A stretch of DNA of 64,000 bases from Candidatus Krumholzibacteriota bacterium (GTDB taxonomy: Bacteria; Krumholzibacteriota; Krumholzibacteriia; JAJRXK01). The stretch covers positions 416,001 through 480,000 of the forward strand of contig CAVSGG010000005.1 of NCBI GenBank assembly GCA_963727455.1, given 5' to 3'. The translations under genes and the position numbers were made by a program. The notes under the pieces are model-generated. The model had not been told where the DNA came from. It did no database searches and saw only the letters and a program-made list of their open reading frames with translations. The first letter of the stretch is position 1, and each line of letters opens with the position of its first letter. Shown here in pieces: positions 57,644 through 64,000 of the stretch.

Positions 57644-58694
57644 AGGCTGGCCAGAGAGATTGCTGTCCGCGCTGGACGAGCGCGACAGCCCCTGGTCACT
57701 CTTTCTGGAGCCTCCCTCTTGGATTTACCGCGGGGTCAGCTGGGCCGATCGAGCCCTGCGGACGCGATCCCCGCTTTCTGAACCCCCTCTCAGTGTGGGG
57801 ATCGGTAATCTGCGAGTGGGAGGAACCGGAAAGACCCCTCTTGTCTCCTGGTTGTGCCAGAAGCTCCACGAGCGCGGTCTGCGCTGTGCGATCCTGAGCC
57901 GCGGTTATCGTTCCGCGGGAGGGGGAGACGAGCCGGAGTGGTTGCGAAAGGAGACCGGGGCCCTCGTCGTCCTCGACTCCGATCGCCGCAGGGCCCACGC
58001 GCAGGCAGCGCGTGAAGGGGCGCAGATCGTCATTCTGGACGATTCCCTGCAGTCACGGGTTTGCGCTTCGCTACAGGTCGCCGTTCTTCTGGCCGCCGAC
58101 CTCATGAGTCCGCCGCGAGTTCTTCCCGCGGGCGCTGCACGCGAGCCGATGAGTGGTCTCAGGCGCTGCCAGATGATCATGGTGCGCCGGGAGAACGGTG
58201 ACCCTGTGAGAGAACGCCTGGTGGAGGTGGCGCAGCAATACTGCCCACGGGTCTACGTCTTTCGCCTCGCTCCGGAGAAACTTCTCGGTCCTGAAGGGGA
58301 GCAGGCGCCGTTGAGCGCCCTCGAACCCATGGGCCCCTGTGTGTTGCTCAGCGGTTTGGCGCGTCCGGAGTCCTTCGAGGAAGATGCTAAGAGGGTTGGG
58401 GCGCAGGCCGTCGTTGCCCTGCGCTACTCCGACCATGCCTCTTTCGATTCAGGACGGGCGGAAGAGATCGAAAAAATGGCACGCCAACGGCAGGCCCGCT
58501 TTCTCCTCTGTCCGGAAAAGAACTTCGCGCGCCTGGTCGCTCTTGGGCTCGGCCTTCCGCTTTGGGCCCTGTGCTCTCGCGTGAAGTGGGAGGGCGAGGA
58601 TCCTCTGCCCGAGCTCTTGCGAGCCATCCAGGAGAGAGTTGGCGGCGAGAGCCAATCGTCCGGAGCTTCCGGCGAGAGTGCCTCGGGCTCGTAG
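57624..58694 (+). CDS. lpxK: Tetraacyldisaccharide 4'-kinase
   Basis: GNLRVGGTGKTP, LSRGY, DEP, LDD, LPAG..RE, SDH. Confidence 0.9.
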   Translation: MDILDHRGWPERLLSALDERDSPWSLFLEPPSWIYRGVSWADRALRTRSPLSEPPLSVGIGNLRVGGTGKTPLVSWLCQKLHERGLRCAILSRGYRSAGGGDEPEWLRKETGALVVLDSDRRRAHAQAAREGAQIVILDDSLQSRVCASLQVAVLLAADLMSPPRVLPAGAAREPMSGLRRCQMIMVRRENGDPVRERLVEVAQQYCPRVYVFRLAPEKLLGPEGEQAPLSALEPMGPCVLLSGLARPESFEEDAKRVGAQAVVALRYSDHASFDSGRAEEIEKMARQRQARFLLCPEKNFARLVALGLGLPLWALCSRVKWEGEDPLPELLRAIQERVGGESQSSGASGESASGS

Positions 58695-58698
58695 AAGC

Positions 58699-59286
58699 TC
58701 ACTTCGAGGCAGCCACTCCGGCAAATTGAACCGGGATCGTCACGCCGAAACTGTATGGGGTATCGCTGGCGGCGGTATCGTGTCCGGTGAAGGTGAGAAT
58801 CGCATTCGCCAGAAGGACATCCTCGGTGTTGACCAGGTCCTGGAGGAAAGGCTGCGATTTCATTTCGTCGGTGACCAATACGATGCTGAGGTTCACCTGG
58901 GTCCCGCGCCTCACGATTTCATTCAGCTCGTAGCTCCGATCGTAGGCCAGCAGTGGATCCGCAGCAGCATCCGGTCCCAGGGGTTGCCACTGGATATTCA
59001 CGCGGTCGATGATGAACGCACCGAAGGGCTCGGACTCGGTCGCGCTCAGCGAACCTTCGTTGGCACGGTTGGCCACCGTGACCGTCACACTACTGGCGGA
59101 AATGAAATCATCAGCCGTGTTGATCGTCCGGTCCGCGCCCAGATCTCTCTGGTAGACGATGACGGGGGCGCCGGCGTCGACGGAAACGACTTCCATCACG
59201 CTGCGATTGAAGCCGTCGTGGGAGCAGCCCGCGAACAGCAGGGCCGCAGGGCCCATGAGCAGGAAAATGGAAAGCCTCGAGCGCAC
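58699..59286 (-). CDS. Hypothetical lipoprotein
   Basis: GTG start at 59286 after AGGGGG; signal peptide with lipobox FAGC; beta-rich; D-rich loop DLGADRTINTADD. Confidence 0.75.
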   Translation of the reverse strand: MRSRLSIFLLMGPAALLFAGCSHDGFNRSVMEVVSVDAGAPVIVYQRDLGADRTINTADDFISASSVTVTVANRANEGSLSATESEPFGAFIIDRVNIQWQPLGPDAAADPLLAYDRSYELNEIVRRGTQVNLSIVLVTDEMKSQPFLQDLVNTEDVLLANAILTFTGHDTAASDTPYSFGVTIPVQFAGVAASK

Positions 59287-59374
59287 GAAAAGCCCCCTTC
59301 GCACTGCGTGCCGCCACGCTCGGCAACTCCGTGCGTACCCAGCAAGCGGCCGGCCTGGAACAGCTAGGGATTTC

Positions 59375-59389
59375 GCAAGCGACATGCCA
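59375..59389 (-). promoter_or_regulatory. Putative sigma54 -24/-12 promoter
   Basis: Minus strand TGGCATGTCGCTTGC (GG-N10-GC). Confidence 0.7.
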
Positions 59390-59404
59390 TGACGACGAGC
59401 TTTA

Positions 59405-59417
59405 TAAGTCATTAATT
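59405..59417 (-). promoter_or_regulatory. Putative IHF site
   Basis: AATTAA-TGAC-TTA, one mismatch to WATCAA-N4-TTR, inside an AT-rich island. Confidence 0.5.
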
Positions 59418-59594
59418 AACAGTTAGCTATGCCATAGAAGAAATGTAATACTCGAGGTGGATGCCGCAGCTTGCGCGCAGAGAGACCTCGAGCGGCTGCA
59501 AGCTGCACTCTCGGAGAGAGAGACGAGGACTTCCGTTTCGCCATTGAGTCCCCTTTGGCCTACCCTATGGGCGCTAGCGGTGAAAGGACCCTGC

Positions 59595-61226
59595 ATGCGA
59601 TCGTTCTCGTCTTCCGTGGACGTCTTGGTCATCGGCAGCGGGCTGGCTGGCTTGCGCGCCGCCCTTAGTTTGGCGAAGACTGCCCGAGTGCGTCTGGTGA
59701 CCAAGGCCCGCGATCACCACAGCAATACCAACCGTGCCCAGGGTGGAATCGCGGCGGTGCTGGGCTCGGACGACAATTTCGAATTCCACGTACAGGACAC
59801 GCTGAATGCCGGGGCCGGTCTGTGTCACGAGACCCGGGTCCGCGCGATGGTGGAAAGCGCCCCTCGGCTCATCGAAGGTCTGCTTGCGGTCGGCATGGAC
59901 TTCGACCGCGAGGTGGACGGCAGCTACGAGATGGGCCGAGAGGGTGGGCACAGCCGACGTCGAGTGGTGCACTCCGGCGACTTCACGGGTCGTGCGGTGG
60001 AGCATTCGATGCTGGCGGCAGTGCGCGCGCATCCCTCGGTTCAGGTCTTGGAGGATCACTTTGCCATCGATTTGCTCAAGGACGAGAGTGGTGGGGTGGT
60101 AGGGGCACTCGTCCTGAACGAACGCAGTGGGGAGGCGCGAGCAAACCTCGCCCGCTATACCGTGGTAGCCACGGGGGGCTCGGGGAAAGTATACCGCTAC
60201 ACCACCAACCCGGACATCGCCACCGGCGACGGTGTCGCCATGGCGTGGCGCGCGGGCGCGACCGTGGGAAACCTGGAGTTCGAGCAATTCCATCCCACCT
60301 GTCTGTATCACCCCTTGGCGAAGAGTTTTCTCATCAGCGAGGCAGTGCGCGGAGAGGGAGCGGTACTCAGAACTCTGGATGGCGAGGCCTTCATGCCCCG
60401 CTATCATGAGCTGGCGGATCTGGCCCCGCGGGACATCGTGGCGCGCGCCATCGACAACGAGATGAAGGTGCGCGGAGACAATCACGTTCTGCTCGATGCC
60501 ACGGTCATTCCCACCGAGTTGGCTTCCCGCAGATTCCCCAACATTCGGGCCCGCTGCATGGAGTACGGGATCGACCTGACCCGCGATATGATCCCGGTGG
60601 TTCCCGCCGCCCATTACGCCTGTGGAGGAGTAGTGACGGACGATCGGGGCGCGAGCAATCTCGAAGGTCTGTTCGTGGTGGGAGAAGCGGCTCTGACCGG
60701 CATCCACGGCGCCAATCGCTTGGCCTCCAACAGCCTGCTCGAGGCGCTCTACTACGGCGAGAGGGCCGCGGAGGAAATCTCTCTGCGTTTGGCGGACGAG
60801 TCGCGCGAGATCAAGTCTGCGATTATCCCCGATCTGGGTAGCGGGGCCAAGGAGCCCACGCCCTTGCAGCACGATTGGGAAACCGCGCGCAAGACGATGT
60901 GGAATTACGTGGGCATCCAGCGGGACCTGGTTCGTCTGGAAGTCGCGCAGCGCCGGATGAACGAGATGGCGGCCGACGCGGAGCGTTCGTACCGGGCGCA
61001 ACGGCCGAGCATCGATCTCCTCGAACTGCGTAACGTCACGCTTCTGGGAAGTCTCGTGGTACGCTGTGCGAGCTTTCGCAAGGAGAGCCGCGGTCTCCAC
61101 GCACTGGCCCAGTTCCCGGAACGGAACGATGCGCAATTCTCGGGCGACACACATCTTCGAAGTGGCGAAGAGGCCCATCTTTGCCCCTTGAGAGAGAAGG
61201 ACGATGCGACTCGCAACCGCATTTGA
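59595..61226 (+). CDS. nadB: L-aspartate oxidase
   Basis: GSGLAG, AQGGIA, REGGHS, QFHPT, ISEAVRGEG, HGANRLASNSLLE, ESRGLH; start at ATG 59595. Confidence 0.95.
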   Translation: MRSFSSSVDVLVIGSGLAGLRAALSLAKTARVRLVTKARDHHSNTNRAQGGIAAVLGSDDNFEFHVQDTLNAGAGLCHETRVRAMVESAPRLIEGLLAVGMDFDREVDGSYEMGREGGHSRRRVVHSGDFTGRAVEHSMLAAVRAHPSVQVLEDHFAIDLLKDESGGVVGALVLNERSGEARANLARYTVVATGGSGKVYRYTTNPDIATGDGVAMAWRAGATVGNLEFEQFHPTCLYHPLAKSFLISEAVRGEGAVLRTLDGEAFMPRYHELADLAPRDIVARAIDNEMKVRGDNHVLLDATVIPTELASRRFPNIRARCMEYGIDLTRDMIPVVPAAHYACGGVVTDDRGASNLEGLFVVGEAALTGIHGANRLASNSLLEALYYGERAAEEISLRLADESREIKSAIIPDLGSGAKEPTPLQHDWETARKTMWNYVGIQRDLVRLEVAQRRMNEMAADAERSYRAQRPSIDLLELRNVTLLGSLVVRCASFRKESRGLHALAQFPERNDAQFSGDTHLRSGEEAHLCPLREKDDATRNRI

Positions 61227-62022
61227 CGGCAGCTTCTATCCGGCCGAAGCGGACGCCTTGGCTGAGGTGGTGGACCACTTTCTCGACCATGCTCCCAAGA
61301 GGGTGAACGGGAAGATTCTCGGAGCGATGGTTCCTCATGCCGGCTACATCTACTCGGGAATGACGGCAGGAATGGCTTTCGGGACTTTTCGTGGTCTCGA
61401 GCCAGACGCCGTGGTTGTCCTCGGGCCGAGCCATCGCGTACGGGTGCGGGGAGTCCGGTTGTTGCGGGCCGAAGGATACGAGAGCCCCTTGGGTACTCTT
61501 CCCACCAGCCGCCAGTTGATGGACGAACTCCTGCAGGCTCTGGGTTCCGGCGCGGACGGTCCCGTATTTTGCGAGCACTCGGTGGAGGTGCAGCTCCCCT
61601 TCCTCGCCCGCGCGCTGCCCGATGTTCCGGTGATCGAGCTCGTGTTCGGACCCGCTGAGGAAAAGACGGTGGAGCGGGTGGTGAAGGCACTGGTCTCGCT
61701 GCGACGCGAGCATGAGATCTTGGTGGTCGCGAGCAGTGATCTCTCCCATTACTACGATCACCAGCGCGCGCAAGTCCTGGACGGACGATTTCGAGAACTA
61801 CTGTTGAAGAGCGACAGCACGCGCCTCGCCGAGGCCATCAGGATGGGGGAGACCGAAGCATGTGGCGCTGGGCCCGTGCTTGCGCTCATGGGGTACACCG
61901 AAGCTCTGGGGGGGCGCTTCGAAGCGATTCACCAGTGCGATAGCAGCCTGACCAGCGGCGACGAATCTCAGGTCGTGGGATATTTCTCGGCGCTCGCCAT
62001 CCTTTCCGGGGAGACCGGATGA
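61204..62022 (+). CDS. MEMO1 family protein (AmmeMemoRadiSam protein B-like)
   Basis: GSFYP, VPHAGYIYSG, GPSH, EHSVEVQLPFL, SSDLSHY, ACG, VVGY. Confidence 0.92.
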   Translation: MRLATAFDGSFYPAEADALAEVVDHFLDHAPKRVNGKILGAMVPHAGYIYSGMTAGMAFGTFRGLEPDAVVVLGPSHRVRVRGVRLLRAEGYESPLGTLPTSRQLMDELLQALGSGADGPVFCEHSVEVQLPFLARALPDVPVIELVFGPAEEKTVERVVKALVSLRREHEILVVASSDLSHYYDHQRAQVLDGRFRELLLKSDSTRLAEAIRMGETEACGAGPVLALMGYTEALGGRFEAIHQCDSSLTSGDESQVVGYFSALAILSGETG

Positions 62023-62759
62023 GGGATTGGTACGAACTCGCGTTCGGCGAACTGTATCTCGAGCTCTATTCGCACCGAAACGACGCAGAGGCCGAGAAGG
62101 TTCTCGGACTCGTGTTCGCCGAGGGCGAGCTGCGAGATCGCTCGGTGATCGATGTCGCCTGCGGGGCGGGCCGCTATCTCGAGGAACTGGAAAAGCGCGG
62201 GGCATGGGCGATGGGAGTGGATCTGTCGGCTCCGCTCTTGCGGGCGGCGCGGGAACGCAATTCCGCATTGCACCTCACGCGTGCGGACATGCGTGCCATA
62301 CCCCTGGCGGATTTGGCAGTGGATTGGACCCTCTCGCTCTTTACCTCCTTCGGGTATTTCGAGACCAAAGCAGAGCACGCCGCTTTGGCGCGGGAGCTCA
62401 CGCGGGTTGCCAGAGAAGGAGTGATCGTGGACGTTCCGAATCCGCGTTATCTGGAGCGGAACCTGGTGAAAGAGAGTTCGCGCGAGTTGGGTGAGCGCCG
62501 GGTGGAAGAGCACAGGCGCCTCTTGCGTGATCCGAAGCGAGTGGTCAAACGAGTACGCGTTCTCGACGCGAAGGGTGAATTGGTCACGGAGTATGAAGAG
62601 CGAGTCATGCTATTTTCCAGATCCGAGTTCCTAGAACTTTTCGAAAGCGCCGGGCTCTCGCTTCACTCCCTGCACGGCGACTACGATGGCTCTCCCTTTG
62701 AAGAAGCCACGAGTCCGCGGCAACTGGCGCGTTTTGAATCGATGGAGAAAGTTTCATGA
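62019..62759 (+). CDS. Class I SAM-dependent methyltransferase (candidate NmbA-like bacillithiol N-methyltransferase)
   Basis: DVACGAGR, VDLS, ADMR, LFTSFGYF; N-terminal LY.HR...EA; overlaps bshC. Confidence 0.85.
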   Translation: MRDWYELAFGELYLELYSHRNDAEAEKVLGLVFAEGELRDRSVIDVACGAGRYLEELEKRGAWAMGVDLSAPLLRAARERNSALHLTRADMRAIPLADLAVDWTLSLFTSFGYFETKAEHAALARELTRVAREGVIVDVPNPRYLERNLVKESSRELGERRVEEHRRLLRDPKRVVKRVRVLDAKGELVTEYEERVMLFSRSEFLELFESAGLSLHSLHGDYDGSPFEEATSPRQLARFESMEKVS

Positions 62760-64000
62760 GTCAGAAAAGCTCTGCGGATTCGATCCAGCGCCTGAAACTC
62801 GAAACCTCTCCCGGGCTCTCCGAGTATGCGCGGCGTTGGCAAGCGGACGAGCCCATTCCAGGACTCGCTCGGAAAGCTCTGTTTCAGGAAGAGCTGAGTG
62901 TGCGGTCGGGCAGTGCGTTTCGTGACGAGGAATTTTCGCGTGAGCTACTGAGAAGGCACCAGTCTTTGCGCGCGAGCCGGGCGTCTCTGGCGAACCTCGA
63001 GGCACTGGCGGATGGCGCGCCATGCGTCATCACCGGGCAGCAGCCCGGTCTCTTGGGCGGGCCGCTGTATTGCGCCTGGAAGATCGCTGGGGCCGTGGGC
63101 ATCGCAAACTCGCTCACCCGCAAACTCGGCCGGAAGGTGGTTCCCCTCTACTGGTGCGGTGCCGACGACTCGGACTTCGAGGAAGCGCGCGCGGCCTGGC
63201 TCTGGAAGGCGGATTCAGGCGCAGTGCGCGCCGAGTTGTCCAAGGACCTGGCTCGACCGGGCAGCATGGTGGGTTCGCTTCCGGGGACCGCGGTGGCGGC
63301 AGTGGAGCGCAACGCTCTCAGCGCGATGGGGGCGAAGTCCGGCGGAGACTTGACGCGGTGGATGGAATCCGCGGATGAGGCATGGGACCTGGGGGAACGA
63401 ACCCAGGCCCTGTACTTGCGGCTTTTCGGTCAGGACGGTCTGGTAACCATCGACGCGCGATCGAACCGATTGCGGGAGCTGGGCCGAGAGCTGATGTTGC
63501 GCTACGCGCACAGAAGCGTGGAAGTCGCCGAGCGTGCGGAGGAGAGGGGCCGAGCACTTCAGGCGGCGGGGTTTTCCGTTCCCTTGCATTCCGCGGCCAC
63601 GAACAGCGGCCTGTTCCGCCTCCGCGAGGGACTCAGAGAAAAACTCGAGCCCGAGGAACTGGTGCCGGCCTGTGAGGCCGGGGACGATCTCAGTCCCGCA
63701 GTCCTTTTGCGTCCCCTTTTGCAGGACGAGCTGCTGGCGCCTCTGGCCGCGGTGCTGGGCCCCTCCGAACTGCATTACCACGCTCAGTTGGCGCCCGCGT
63801 ACGAGTTGCTAGGAGTTGAGGGGGCGGCGCCCGCTCTGCGACCTCAACTCACATTCTTCCCGGAAAGCCTGCCCTGGCCCGAGGACGAGAAGCGGCAGAG
63901 GGCTCTGCTCGAGGGAGGGGATGGCGCACGGGAAGCTCTGGGTACTCTGACCGTGCCCCCGCAGTGGGAGGAGGCCCGCAGCGCTTTGAACGACTCGCTT
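62756..64000 (+). CDS. bshC: Bacillithiol cysteine-adding enzyme BshC (partial, runs off the window; absent from the ORF track)
   Basis: Translated by hand: VITGQQPGLLGGPLY..WK, VVPLYW...DDSDFEE, LSPAVLLRPLLQD, GPSELHYHAQL. Confidence 0.88.
   Translation, partial: MSQKSSADSIQRLKLETSPGLSEYARRWQADEPIPGLARKALFQEELSVRSGSAFRDEEFSRELLRRHQSLRASRASLANLEALADGAPCVITGQQPGLLGGPLYCAWKIAGAVGIANSLTRKLGRKVVPLYWCGADDSDFEEARAAWLWKADSGAVRAELSKDLARPGSMVGSLPGTAVAAVERNALSAMGAKSGGDLTRWMESADEAWDLGERTQALYLRLFGQDGLVTIDARSNRLRELGRELMLRYAHRSVEVAERAEERGRALQAAGFSVPLHSAATNSGLFRLREGLREKLEPEELVPACEAGDDLSPAVLLRPLLQDELLAPLAAVLGPSELHYHAQLAPAYELLGVEGAAPALRPQLTFFPESLPWPEDEKRQRALLEGGDGAREALGTLTVPPQWEEARSALNDSL

Noticed and set aside
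59457-59594. Possible NAD riboswitch, or N-terminal extension of nadB
   Set aside because: No match to NAD+ riboswitch motifs as I recall them; the extension is not NadB-like and AAAGGA precedes ATG 59595
1-64000. tRNA, rRNA, CRISPR arrays, transposases, integrases, prophage or defence genes
   Set aside because: None seen; intergenic gaps are short and show no cloverleaf or spaced direct repeats. This was checked by eye only, so tRNAscan-SE and Infernal should confirm

Overview
A GC-rich bacterial core-genome segment, almost all on the + strand, with about 64 tightly packed and often overlapping genes. The LpxC-FabZ fusion, DUF4837- and DUF3467-like proteins, bshC and the full lipid A/BAM/Lol set point to a diderm of the FCB superphylum; the lineage is inferred. 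Gene content in order: rsmD-coaD-pta-aminotransferase-obgE-dprA-lpxL; split hldE; sucCD-ndk; yceD-rpmF-plsX-fabD-fabG-acpP-fabF-rnc (no fabH); an ECF sigma/zinc anti-sigma pair; aroB-TPR-aroQ-efp-accB-pilT-accC; thiE-ftsK-rimO; bamD-nadD-polA-coaE-prfB(+1 frameshift)-lysS-lolC/E-lolD-mcsA-mcsB-clpC; bamA-skp-lpxD-lpxC/fabZ-lpxA-lpxB-DUF374-lpxK; nadB-MEMO1-methyltransferase-bshC (partial). I saw no rRNA, tRNA, CRISPR array or mobile element. The most notable signals are four: (1) an identical GGAAC-N16-CGTA ECF promoter before the ECF sigma gene and before the bamA-lipid A operon; (2) two sigma54-type promoters in front of uncharacterised genes, one with an IHF-like site and a candidate enhancer; (3) a methyltransferase overlapping bshC, a candidate N-methyl-bacillithiol pathway, co-transcribed with an orphan MEMO1; (4) a hairpin-flanked PilT/PilU gene splitting accB from accC. 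All calls come from reading motifs by eye; no database searches were run.
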